Virus record (IMG/VR): IMGVR_UViG_3300027805_000006
Reading direction: 5' to 3' (one strand)
DNA from: a virus
Lineage: Duplodnaviria > Caudoviricetes
DNA: 64,000 bases
Shown: one piece after another, positions 46,777-54,544 of the stretch
How positions within the stretch are numbered: position 1 is the first letter of the stretch
Layout of the letters: every line of letters begins with the position of its first letter
Made by a program: the position numbers and the translations under genes
The notes under the pieces: generated by a model
Database searches by the model: none
Told to the model about the DNA's origin: nothing
Seen by the model: the letters and a program-made list of their open reading frames with translations, nothing else

Positions 46777-47280
46777 ATGATTTTTGATGGAATTTCTCTA
46801 AGTGAAGGTTCAGTGTTTCAGAACCCAACTATTATTTCTGGCACGTCATTTCCAGGAAGTGCATCTGCGGGTGAATTGTTCTACAAGTCTGATACTGAAG
46901 CGCTAAGCATCTACACCGGTACTGCGTGGAAAGAAATAAGCAGCGCTAATCTGTATGACATCGCGCTGACGATTGAAGGAAAACCAACTGCCGACTCGGT
47001 GGTATTCTACTTCCCAGTGCCAAGAGGATTTGTAATTCCAAGTTCATTTACTGGTTCTCTTGCAAAGGCAGCAGTTGCCTCAGGTGATTCAGCACAGTTT
47101 GTAGTAAGCAAGAATGGAACGCAGATAGGAACAATTACCTTCAGCACCAGCGCAACAGGAACCTTCTCAGGAGCAGGTGGTTCTTTCGCTGCAAGTGATG
47201 TTCTTTCAATTCGTGCACCTGTTACTCAGGACTCTACGCTTGAGACCGTAGGCATCACGATTGTAACAGTTATTTCATAA
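46777..47280 (+). CDS. virion structural-type protein
   Basis: N-terminal SGTSFP...GELFY..D...IYTG.AW module shared with 43980-44891; AATAAATA at 46742-46749. Confidence 0.65.
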   Translation: MIFDGISLSEGSVFQNPTIISGTSFPGSASAGELFYKSDTEALSIYTGTAWKEISSANLYDIALTIEGKPTADSVVFYFPVPRGFVIPSSFTGSLAKAAVASGDSAQFVVSKNGTQIGTITFSTSATGTFSGAGGSFAASDVLSIRAPVTQDSTLETVGITIVTVIS

Positions 47281-47289
47281 GGAAATTGT

Positions 47290-47748
47290 ATGGCTATTTC
47301 TTTTCACCAAAGTATACGCGTTCCATTTGCAGAGCAAGTAGTGCGCCAGGGTTTAGGAGGCGGTATTTCAGTTTACAGCGGTGCCCAGCCCTCTCCACAG
47401 ACAATCATTGACAACTGGTCAACAACTTACAACGCCAATCAGTCTGCATTTCTATGGACAAGCACTGGTGCAGTATGGTCCATATTTTCAAACATTACGG
47501 TATATGCAAGCACCCTGCCAACATCTGCTCTTCCGGTAAGAAACGGTACTGCAGCTTGGGCAATCCTTTGGTCAACAGCGCCGACTCTTGCAAACCAACA
47601 GACATCTACAATCCCTACTACAAAGTTCATAGTAGTGAATGTATCTTCAAGCACCGGTACAGGTGTTGTACGGTTCTTAAACAATGTTCTGAGTACCGCA
47701 ACCTCTGTTACACCACAAGACATTGGTATTACTATTACTGTTATCTAA
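47290..47748 (+). CDS. virion structural-type protein, paralogue of 47758-48291
   Basis: ISVYSGAQP...GTAAW pattern; Thr/Ser-rich. Confidence 0.6.
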   Translation: MAISFHQSIRVPFAEQVVRQGLGGGISVYSGAQPSPQTIIDNWSTTYNANQSAFLWTSTGAVWSIFSNITVYASTLPTSALPVRNGTAAWAILWSTAPTLANQQTSTIPTTKFIVVNVSSSTGTGVVRFLNNVLSTATSVTPQDIGITITVI

Positions 47749-47757
47749 GGAACGACT

Positions 47758-48291
47758 ATGCCAACAATTAGCTTAAGCAACGATTTTATGTTTGGTGCAA
47801 CGCCAAATGGTTTATCGCGTTTCACTCAGATTGGTTCTAACTCCTTCGTCATCACCAACCCGTCATGCCCAATTATTGGTCGAGTCAGCTCGTCAGGCAT
47901 TAATGCAAGTTCATCTGACATTACCCTTATGGGCGGAACTATGCCAGCAGTTTCATCATTGTCAACAACTGGGAACCCCGTTGGTACTACCATCTTGGCA
48001 ACTTTTTCAGCATATGATGGCAATACATTCGGTGCATCTATTTCTGGATCTACACTAACTTTCTCAGGCACATATGTTGCTGCGACAGCATCAGGAACTG
48101 CAACTTGGTTCTGGTTTAAAACACGAAGCGCAGTCCTTTCTACCTTCATTGCTTACAATCATACAATTGGTACCGTCGGGCTCCCTGGATCGGGAGCCGA
48201 TCTGGAAATTGCTACAACATCTATTGTGTCTGGAAATTTATACAAGATAGCACGCTTAAGATTTACTCTTCCAACAACATTTACATATTGA
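47758..48291 (+). CDS. virion structural-type protein
   Basis: ITLMGGTMP...AATASGTATWF...GTVG..GSGADL pattern. Confidence 0.6.
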   Translation: MPTISLSNDFMFGATPNGLSRFTQIGSNSFVITNPSCPIIGRVSSSGINASSSDITLMGGTMPAVSSLSTTGNPVGTTILATFSAYDGNTFGASISGSTLTFSGTYVAATASGTATWFWFKTRSAVLSTFIAYNHTIGTVGLPGSGADLEIATTSIVSGNLYKIARLRFTLPTTFTY

Positions 48292-48292
48292 T

Positions 48293-48607
48293 ATGGCACT
48301 CATAAGTGTTTTCATAAAAAAATCCGCAAGTGTTGTACAGACATTTGACGCCGAAGACACGCAAATAACAACTTTTGGTGTCTTCGCAACAAATGCAGTT
48401 ACATCAGATACATTATTAGGTTCCGGAACTACACCCTTCGGTGTAGGTGCAACCACACAATCTAATGTCTACACGATTGAAGCAGAAAATACGCCAGAAG
48501 CAACATTCACTCTAGGTGCAACAACAAATACATCTGTCTACACCCTTGACGGAGAAACAATAGGTGTTGCTACCTTCGGCGTAGGAGCACAGGCTCAATA
48601 CGCGTAA
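48293..48607 (+). CDS. Thr-rich protein with internal repeats
   Basis: FGVGATT.SNVYT repeats; coupled to the upstream stop. Confidence 0.55.
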   Translation: MALISVFIKKSASVVQTFDAEDTQITTFGVFATNAVTSDTLLGSGTTPFGVGATTQSNVYTIEAENTPEATFTLGATTNTSVYTLDGETIGVATFGVGAQAQYA

Positions 48608-48613
48608 TTAATG

Positions 48614-48651
48614 TAGGCCGTGTTGGTTTCGAACCAACGACCAAGATTTTA
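48614..48651 (-). pseudogene. orphan tRNA 3' half (variable loop, T arm, acceptor strand)
   Basis: TGGTC-GTTGG-TTCGAAA-CCAAC-ACGGCCT-A. Confidence 0.7.
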
Positions 48652-48669
48652 CACTAGTAAAAATAATTT

Positions 48670-48744
48670 TGGTAGGCCCAGTTGGAATCGAACCAACACT
48701 CCGGGCATTATGAGTACCACGCTTTACCATTAAGCTATAGGCCC
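48670..48744 (-). tRNA. tRNA with CAU anticodon (Ile2- or Met-type)
   Basis: GGGCCTA/TGGGCCT-A-CCA, loop CT-CAT-AA, T arm intact. Confidence 0.85.
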
Positions 48745-49054
48745 ACAAAAATTATCTCTACGAATACTTTCGATATGCTCTTTACGAATTACTATCAGTT
48801 TTTTTGGAAAATACTTCCATTTTGCTTTATCTCGTTCTGTTTCGTATCCTTTTACTTCAATGTAAGCATCTAAATTGGGCAAATAGAAATCTGGAAAATA
48901 TTTACGAATGCCATTCCATTCATATTCAAACCATTCGTTTGAACGAATTATTGGTATTGATTTTTGAACACAATATTGATAGAATTCAAGTTCCCATTTT
49001 CCTTGAAATTTTATTCCATCGTATATTATTTGTTTAGTTCTACCTCTATTAGAT
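48730..49054 (-). pseudogene. 5'-truncated PD-(D/E)XK-type (homing-like) endonuclease
   Basis: FQGKWELEF...YFPDFYL...YIEVKG; no credible start codon outside the upstream tRNAs. Confidence 0.6.
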
Positions 49055-49097
49055 GAGGTTTTTAGAGTCCTCTGCTCTCCCACTGAGCTAACGGCCC
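49055..49097 (-). pseudogene. orphan tRNA 5' portion with CUA at the anticodon position
   Basis: GGGCCGT-TA-GCTC-AGTGGGA-GAGC-A-GAGGA-CTCTAAA-AACCTC. Confidence 0.7.
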
Positions 49098-49104
49098 GAA
49101 ATAA

Positions 49105-49180
49105 TGGCGCGACTGGAGCGATTCGAACGCCCGACATACCGGGTAGAAGCCGGTTATTCTATCCCCTGAATTACAGTCGC
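49105..49180 (-). tRNA. tRNA-Arg: tRNA-Arg(UCU)
   Basis: canonical cloverleaf, CT-TCT-AC, CCA. Confidence 0.92.
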
Positions 49181-49187
49181 GTTGTGA

Positions 49188-49262
49188 TGGTAGGACCAGA
49201 GGGATTCGAACCCTCGACCAACGGATTAAAAGTCCGCTGCGCTACCGCTGCGCCATAGTCCC
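49188..49262 (-). tRNA. tRNA-Lys: tRNA-Lys(UUU)
   Basis: canonical cloverleaf, CT-TTT-AA, CCA. Confidence 0.95.
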
Positions 49263-49270
49263 GTTTATTC

Positions 49271-49744
49271 TTACCGCAGCAGCATCTTTAACGCATCTAC
49301 TGCTACCTCAAAAAACTCAGTTTCTACTGCCACTGCCTTCGAGATCATTAGGTTCTGCTTTAGTCCAAATGGCTCAGGAAGAAAGTCGCTTCCTTCAGCC
49401 GGGTACTTATCTAGGAACTCCTCTATTCGCTGTTTGTACGAAGAGAAGACAGGATTTGAATATGTCACAATAATTTTGTTAAGTGCCTTAGCGTATCCAA
49501 TTTCAAATACTGTTCCACTGTCGGGCTCGGTGCCGTGAAATGGAGAGACATTTGCAAGAACAGCATCGCACCTTTGGATGAGTTCAATATTTGCAGCGTA
49601 AATTTCTCCTGCATCAGATAAGGCAGTATCGAGCGGGCTGAGAGGAATCATCCCGTGTGCACGTACCACCTTGGCTTTCTTTGCGAGCACCTCTGCTGCA
49701 TTTTCAAGAAAGACATCCGGGCCAGCGAGATAAACAGTCTTCAA
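49271..49744 (-). CDS. nucleoside 2-deoxyribosyltransferase-family protein
   Basis: VYLAGPDVF, DAVLAN..PF.G...DSGTVFEIGYA.AL. Confidence 0.88.
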   Translation of the reverse strand: MKTVYLAGPDVFLENAAEVLAKKAKVVRAHGMIPLSPLDTALSDAGEIYAANIELIQRCDAVLANVSPFHGTEPDSGTVFEIGYAKALNKIIVTYSNPVFSSYKQRIEEFLDKYPAEGSDFLPEPFGLKQNLMISKAVAVETEFFEVAVDALKMLLR

Positions 49745-49824
49745 TTTATTCTCCTTCAGGGGTGCAAAAACAGAGTACTACCTGCTGCAGGCAGAACTGA
49801 CGAGAGTAGTTTGACTTAGATAAC

Positions 49825-50091
49825 TTATTTGGTATCTTTTAGGTCAGATGGCTTGCTTTCTCTGTTAGAAGAATTTGCTCGGCTGTTTAGAGAAAGACCA
49901 CCTAGAAGACCAACGAAGGCACCTACGATGGTGTTGAATGCGGGTGAGATAACTTCAAAAATGTCCTTGTTGTCAACTCCTTCATTGAAGAGTCCAACTA
50001 GCAGAACACAAACAGTAGCAAAACAGATGGTGGCAAGAGTGCCTACTGTTATCTTTAAAATCCAAGTAATAAGTTTTTCATAGTCACTCAT
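49825..50091 (-). CDS. small two-TM membrane protein
   Basis: two hydrophobic helices. Confidence 0.6.
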   Translation of the reverse strand: MSDYEKLITWILKITVGTLATICFATVCVLLVGLFNEGVDNKDIFEVISPAFNTIVGAFVGLLGGLSLNSRANSSNRESKPSDLKDTK

Positions 50092-50135
50092 CTTAGACTC
50101 CTCGGCTTCAATATATTTAGCAAAAGTTCGTAAAA

Positions 50136-50222
50136 TGGAGTGAGCGACAGGGCTCGAACCTGCATTACCTTTCGGTTTTTACGGATTTGCAATCCGTTGC
50201 GTAACCATTCCGCCACGCTCAC
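50136..50222 (-). tRNA. tRNA-Cys: tRNA-Cys(GCA) with long variable arm
   Basis: GTGAGCG/CGCTCAC-T-CCA, ACGGA-TTGCAAA-TCCGT, variable hairpin ACC-GAAA-GGT. Confidence 0.85.
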
Positions 50223-50248
50223 ATTGGACCGCTCTGCCACCTGTGCGA

Positions 50249-50325
50249 TGGTACCCACGGTTGGATTTGAACCAACGACTTCCACCTTATCAAGATGGCA
50301 CTCTAACCAACTGAGTTACGCGGGT
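50249..50325 (-). tRNA. tRNA-Ile: tRNA-Ile(GAU)
   Basis: canonical cloverleaf, CCA. Confidence 0.95.
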
Positions 50326-50341
50326 ATAATTGAAATTTGTG

Positions 50342-50419
50342 TGCCCTAGGCGAGACTCGAACTCGCACCCGAAGACTGGCTTCTAAGACCAGCGTGTCTA
50401 CCAATTCCACCACCAGGGC
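50342..50419 (-). tRNA. tRNA-Leu: tRNA-Leu(UAG); CCA not encoded
   Basis: GCCCTGG/CTAGGGC-A, CTGGT-CTTAGAA-GCCAG. Confidence 0.9.
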
Positions 50420-50420
50420 T

Positions 50421-50672
50421 TGTAAATGCCGGTTACGTAGTTCCGGCACCCTCCATTCGCCAAGGGCCGTCAGCGGCCAGTTACGCATCTGGCTTGCTGG
50501 GATTAAGCAACGCCTGCCTTGCGGCTAGTCTTCCCCCAGGTCCCACTGGGTATATCGCCGGTTACGCGATCCGGCTTAGGGTACATCACCATATGGACTG
50601 ATCAGGTCCGCCCCGGTCACCTAACGCTTATATACGGGATGGTGGATTGACATACCTGGCCAATCAGCAGGT
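50421..50672 (-). ncRNA. unassigned structured ncRNA (~250 nt)
   Basis: GC-rich island with many stems, a GNRA loop and three A..CGUAA hairpins; no credible ORF. Confidence 0.7.
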
Positions 50673-50690
50673 TATTAAATTTATCTATAC

Positions 50691-50755
50691 CATATTGAAG
50701 CACACTGGGGGATTCGAACCACCTATCTGTCGGCATCAATCATTTAGTGCCTCAT
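50691..50755 (-). ncRNA. tRNA-like mini element (T arm plus closing stem)
   Basis: GGTGG-TTCGAAT-CCCCC and TGAGGCAC/GTGCTTCA; 3' end GTGTGCTTCAATATG. Confidence 0.45.
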
Positions 50756-51162
50756 GATTCTTCTCTATTGCTAGTCATGCTATGATTACCCTTGTTTACT
50801 GTTACCTTGTCTTTATCGACAACAACAGTCATGGGTTCATTCGCCTCGTCTAGACGCTGAATAAGTTCATTTATAACCTTAAATTCAGGTTTTTCTTCTT
50901 TTTCTTTTGATCCAGTAATGCTTGCTAACATTGTAATCAATGCCATTACCGCGGTAGAAACTAATCCTATAACAGCAGGCAAACTATCGCTTGGAAGAAA
51001 CGCACTAGAAACAACACCTACAATGACTAGTAATACTATCCATGGTATAGCAGTTTTGCCTATAATTTTGCTACTTACTTCCTTAGCAGTGTTTTGCTGC
51101 TCCATCTTCCTAAGTTCTATTATTGCTTGTGTTTTTAATAATTGCAATTCTTTGTCAGCCAT
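50752..51162 (-). CDS. two-TM membrane protein
   Basis: two hydrophobic helices, charged C-terminus, TAAATA upstream. Confidence 0.65.
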   Translation of the reverse strand: MADKELQLLKTQAIIELRKMEQQNTAKEVSSKIIGKTAIPWIVLLVIVGVVSSAFLPSDSLPAVIGLVSTAVMALITMLASITGSKEKEEKPEFKVINELIQRLDEANEPMTVVVDKDKVTVNKGNHSMTSNREES

Positions 51163-51227
51163 AATAAACTCCTAAATACTCTCTTATATTTATTTAGTTT
51201 TTAGGAAAATTATCTACTGATATAAAC

Positions 51228-51298
51228 ATATTGAAACACACTACCGCAAACTTCCAATGCACGATGCAGTCTATGGCATCCGTAATGTGCGTCAATAT
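51228..51298 (-). ncRNA. tRNA-sized stem-closed element
   Basis: ATATTGACGCAC.../...GTGTGTTTCAATAT closing stem with an internal GATGC/GCATC hairpin, right after tRNA-Glu. Confidence 0.5.
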
Positions 51299-51300
51299 TG

Positions 51301-51373
51301 CGCCCCAGACCGGATTCGAACCGATGTGAACGCCGTGAAAGGGCGCTATCCTTGGCCACTAGATGACTGGGGC
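51301..51373 (-). tRNA. tRNA-Glu: tRNA-Glu(UUC); CCA not encoded
   Basis: GCCCCAG/CTGGGGC-G, GCGCC-CTTTCAC-GGCGT. Confidence 0.92.
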
Positions 51374-51431
51374 AATATTGTATGTTTATTTTTAAAGAGC
51401 GTGCAGACTTTTTAAATCTGCGTTAGAGGCT

Positions 51432-51461
51432 ATTATACAACAACCTCTAACTAATGTAAAC
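51432..51461 (-). promoter_or_regulatory. early-type promoter GTTTAC-N18-TATAAT heading the tRNA array
   Basis: read on the minus strand ~60 nt upstream of tRNA-Glu. Confidence 0.6.
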
Positions 51462-51622
51462 AACTTTCAGAAAGAATTTGCAGTCTCGGTGCCTACTTCA
51501 TTTCTGAAGAGCACGTTTGTGGTCTCATCAATCTGAAAGTTTTACTATAATATCACAGTGGTAGCAAATATACACACCTGAAGGTGTAACAGTTGTAATG
51601 GTTTACAACTTGCTGTCGGGAG

Positions 51623-52009
51623 TTAGTCTCTCAAGACCTCGGCTAGATTTTCTAGGTCTGACGTTCTAATCTGGTGTGCAGCATCTATGTCGATGGTTCT
51701 TGTTACTACTCGTGGAAAGCGGAGCCCGCCGCCAACGTCGTGCCAGGTTCTGAAGAAAAGCACCTTTGAGTAGTGTTGTTTGTCCCACCAAACCTGAGGT
51801 GGGTCAATTCGAAAGTCTCCCTGAAAAGAAGATACTCTAAAGGAATTTCCTGAAAAAGTCCAGCCTTCCTTGAAGAGCCGCTTACAAAAAGTCCGTAGAA
51901 CTTCATTGTGCTCTTCTGGAACAGGACAGGACTGTAGGAACACAAAGAAATCAGACAACTGGCTTCCCATATTTTCCTGCTTGGGTGGGAAGCCAGTTGG
52001 ATGTAGCAC
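51623..52009 (-). CDS. hypothetical protein
   Basis: 128-aa ORF in operon. Confidence 0.55.
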   Translation of the reverse strand: MLHPTGFPPKQENMGSQLSDFFVFLQSCPVPEEHNEVLRTFCKRLFKEGWTFSGNSFRVSSFQGDFRIDPPQVWWDKQHYSKVLFFRTWHDVGGGLRFPRVVTRTIDIDAAHQIRTSDLENLAEVLRD

Positions 52010-52017
52010 GCTAATCG

Positions 52018-52245
52018 TCAGAAAAGTTCAGAGGCGGTCGAGGGCAGTTGGTCAAGTAGCGCCTCTTCATCAGGCTTTAGGTCACCAGTGCGCTGAAGTT
52101 CTTGTTTTACCTGTTGAACAACTGCATTCATCGCTTCGGTAATTTCCTCCGGAGTGGGTGAAGGAGAAATATCATAAGCATCTAGCACCTGATAAACTAG
52201 GTCCTTAGTTCCTTCTGAAAGTTGGCTAACGATTTTATGAAACAT
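52018..52245 (-). CDS. acidic hypothetical protein
   Basis: 75-aa ORF. Confidence 0.6.
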   Translation of the reverse strand: MFHKIVSQLSEGTKDLVYQVLDAYDISPSPTPEEITEAMNAVVQQVKQELQRTGDLKPDEEALLDQLPSTASELF

Positions 52246-52247
52246 TT

Positions 52248-52562
52248 TTACCCCTGAAGAATTTGACCAGAAGACGCAGATGGGAGAGCAATCCCAGTCA
52301 CCTGCTGCATATAGCTAGTTGCAACTTGTTCAATGACCTTAGCTGGTGCAGTCAAAAGTGCATGTGGAAGAAGCATAATTTCATGATCAGTATCAACGAT
52401 CATTGACCAAAACCCAAACCCAATGTGCGGTTGACCATCTGCTCCTCGCATTGGTGCAACTAGCAATGGGCGCTTAATCACATGCTCTCCAGTTTTACTG
52501 ATACGAACTAATTCAGCAACTAATTCGCTGCCATCGGATAATTTAAAGGAGCGGACGTCCAT
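52248..52562 (-). CDS. hypothetical phage protein (possible Sm/SH3-like fold)
   Basis: FKLSDGSELVAEL...IKRPL pattern. Confidence 0.55.
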   Translation of the reverse strand: MDVRSFKLSDGSELVAELVRISKTGEHVIKRPLLVAPMRGADGQPHIGFGFWSMIVDTDHEIMLLPHALLTAPAKVIEQVATSYMQQVTGIALPSASSGQILQG

Positions 52563-52565
52563 AAT

Positions 52566-53153
52566 TTAAAACTTGTAGTTAATGCTAGAAACTAGACCAT
52601 TAAAAGTTTGGTCTGCCTGGCGAGTGTGTGAGTAACCTAGGCGAACACTGGTGTTCTTGCCTAGAGCCATTTGACCACCGATGGCATAGCGGTTAGCGTA
52701 TGCAGGAGCATCTGCATTTAGACCGTTACGGTGACGGAAACTTACAAAGCCGGTCACATTCTTCATAATAGCCGTAGAGGCTTCAGCAGAAAGGCTGTAG
52801 TACTGCGCATTGCCAGCGAAGCCGCCGCCAGTTGTATCAACTTGGTTCATGCGACCGAAGGCAGCACGACCAACAACATTGATTTTACCGAGATTCATTC
52901 CATTGCTGTAGCCTACCTCAAAACCAACAGTGTCGTCACGCCCAATGGAATTGAGTTGAGTACCCATCAAAGCAGCATCAAATGCACCAAGCTTCGTTGG
53001 CAGCGAGGCACCAACAGTTAGTTCGTACTGTGACTGAAACGCCTGACCGCTGTTTGCACGGTCATAGTTTAGACCAGTAAACGCAGTGACGTTACCAGCA
53101 ACGGCTGAATAAGATGCCGCTGCAAAAATGGTTGCTACTAGAACTTTCTTCAT
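52566..53153 (-). CDS. small outer-membrane beta-barrel protein
   Basis: signal peptide, about 10 amphipathic strands, C-terminal INYKF. Confidence 0.75.
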   Translation of the reverse strand: MKKVLVATIFAAASYSAVAGNVTAFTGLNYDRANSGQAFQSQYELTVGASLPTKLGAFDAALMGTQLNSIGRDDTVGFEVGYSNGMNLGKINVVGRAAFGRMNQVDTTGGGFAGNAQYYSLSAEASTAIMKNVTGFVSFRHRNGLNADAPAYANRYAIGGQMALGKNTSVRLGYSHTRQADQTFNGLVSSINYKF

Positions 53154-53233
53154 ATTCTTCCTTATCTATTTTTGATGCCTATCTCTAGGCGGTTACGAAT
53201 TATAGAATTTTCTGCCCGTCTTGGTACCAGAAT

Positions 53234-53491
53234 TTACAGGTTATCTGGTGAACGGTACAGTTTGATAACATTGGCAACCCGAAAGGAGCGCCAACCTTGT
53301 CGGTCAAGTGAATACACCCGCAGAGTGCCTTCATTGTCCGCAATCCTACTCTTCTCTTGCTTTTCTTCAGACACCGGAATGAACTTAGAATCAAGTGTGC
53401 ATTCCATCGTGGATTTAGAACCATCTACCTTGGTGAATTCTACCATCCACTTGCCAAAGGAAATCTTTTCACGAACTTCTTGCTTTTGCAT
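53234..53491 (-). CDS. WYL_2/DUF2693-like phage protein
   Basis: VEFTKVDGSK.TMECTL...VYSLDRQGWRSFR. Confidence 0.65.
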   Translation of the reverse strand: MQKQEVREKISFGKWMVEFTKVDGSKSTMECTLDSKFIPVSEEKQEKSRIADNEGTLRVYSLDRQGWRSFRVANVIKLYRSPDNL

Positions 53492-53492
53492 A

Positions 53493-53798
53493 TTACATCT
53501 TCAGTTTAGTTGCGAGAACATTTAGCATTTGCATATCTGCCTTAGATGCCTTGTTTAGTGGTATTAGACATTTCTGTGCAAGTTCCTGTGTCATCATCCG
53601 TAATCCATTTTCAGCCATCTTAGATGCGATGATAACTTTACGCGCAGACGGTGTAACATCTTCCTGTGTAAAGAAAACATACTGTGCGCCAGTTCGCTTC
53701 TTCGGGTCAGGATAAAATGCCTCAGTAAAAATACCTTGAGCCATCGGTGATAATAGTGCTTTATACCAAAGTCGTTGTGTTGTTTTTTGTGGTGTCAT
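53493..53798 (-). CDS. hypothetical protein
   Basis: MTPQK start preferred. Confidence 0.55.
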   Translation of the reverse strand: MTPQKTTQRLWYKALLSPMAQGIFTEAFYPDPKKRTGAQYVFFTQEDVTPSARKVIIASKMAENGLRMMTQELAQKCLIPLNKASKADMQMLNVLATKLKM

Positions 53799-53907
53799 TT
53801 TATTAAAGCCATAGGTTAGTGGGCTTCTTGGCACCAATGATGTTATTATAGCACCAACAAGAAAATAAGGATACGTATAAAACAGGTTGAAATTGAACCT
53901 GTTTTGT

Positions 53908-54417
53908 TTATACGAGCTTTGCAACTGCAGTCATTACAGCCGCAATTCTTCCAACGTCCTGAAGTTGCTTCACTGTCCAACCATGACCTTTGAGAATGTC
54001 ATAGTGGGATTTTACGCAGAAGTGGCACTTCCCGACGATGGAGGCTGCAAGCGCATATGCTTCAAAGCGGTCCTTTGTCGTGCCACCTGACGTAGAATAA
54101 ACATTCATCCTTAGCCCTGCCGGAAGACCCTTTAGTTCTGCATCACCTGTCATCTCGACATACGGGTACCAAACGTTGTTCATTCCCATTAGCGCAGCAG
54201 CCGAGAGTGACGCAGTGCGCTCGGTGTCATCAGCGACGCCAGCGCTCACGACCTTCAGGAGTGACTGATTACCAGTAGCAAATGTCGCAGCAAGTGCCAC
54301 AGCTTCTGCAACTACTGGGTCAAGTGAACTCCTCTTGACAACCGCGTCTAGGTTTAGCCTGATATCCTTAGCAAAGTCTGGAACTAAGTCTTTTACTTCA
54401 TCAACCCACTGTGTCAT
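53908..54417 (-). CDS. ahpD: alkyl hydroperoxide reductase AhpD
   Basis: PDFAKDIRLNL, MGMNNVWY, GKCHFC (CxxC) and H. Confidence 0.9.
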   Translation of the reverse strand: MTQWVDEVKDLVPDFAKDIRLNLDAVVKRSSLDPVVAEAVALAATFATGNQSLLKVVSAGVADDTERTASLSAAALMGMNNVWYPYVEMTGDAELKGLPAGLRMNVYSTSGGTTKDRFEAYALAASIVGKCHFCVKSHYDILKGHGWTVKQLQDVGRIAAVMTAVAKLV

Positions 54418-54544
54418 TTTGAATATCCTTCTTGAATAGTTTGTTGAGCCGTACTGTACGCTCCTGATACTCTTCATCACTTAGCCAATGACTACCATCG
54501 CACATTGGTGGTCTGGTAGTCTTGCCGCATGTACAGTTACTCAT
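54401..54544 (-). CDS. CDGSH iron-sulfur domain protein (47 aa)
   Basis: CTCGKTTRPPMCDGSH motif. Confidence 0.88.
   Translation of the reverse strand: MSNCTCGKTTRPPMCDGSHWLSDEEYQERTVRLNKLFKKDIQNDTVG

Noticed and set aside
48652-49054. Group I intron interrupting the split tRNA
   Set aside because: The intervening sequence is entirely a nuclease fragment plus a tRNA; no P3-P7 core elements are recognisable by eye
48730-49137. Full-length 135-aa ORF as given in the track
   Set aside because: The start codon lies inside tRNA-Arg and the frame runs through the tRNA half; only the C-terminal nuclease part is credible
50421-50672. RNase P, SRP or 6S RNA
   Set aside because: No GAGGAAAGUCC P4 strand, SRP helix-8 motif or 6S central bubble is seen on the transcribed strand; the CCGGCTTA match is on the opposite strand and inside a repeated hairpin
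51470-51540. Small ORF or RNA upstream of the tRNA-array promoter
   Set aside because: No start codon or RBS and no convincing structure; probably a remnant
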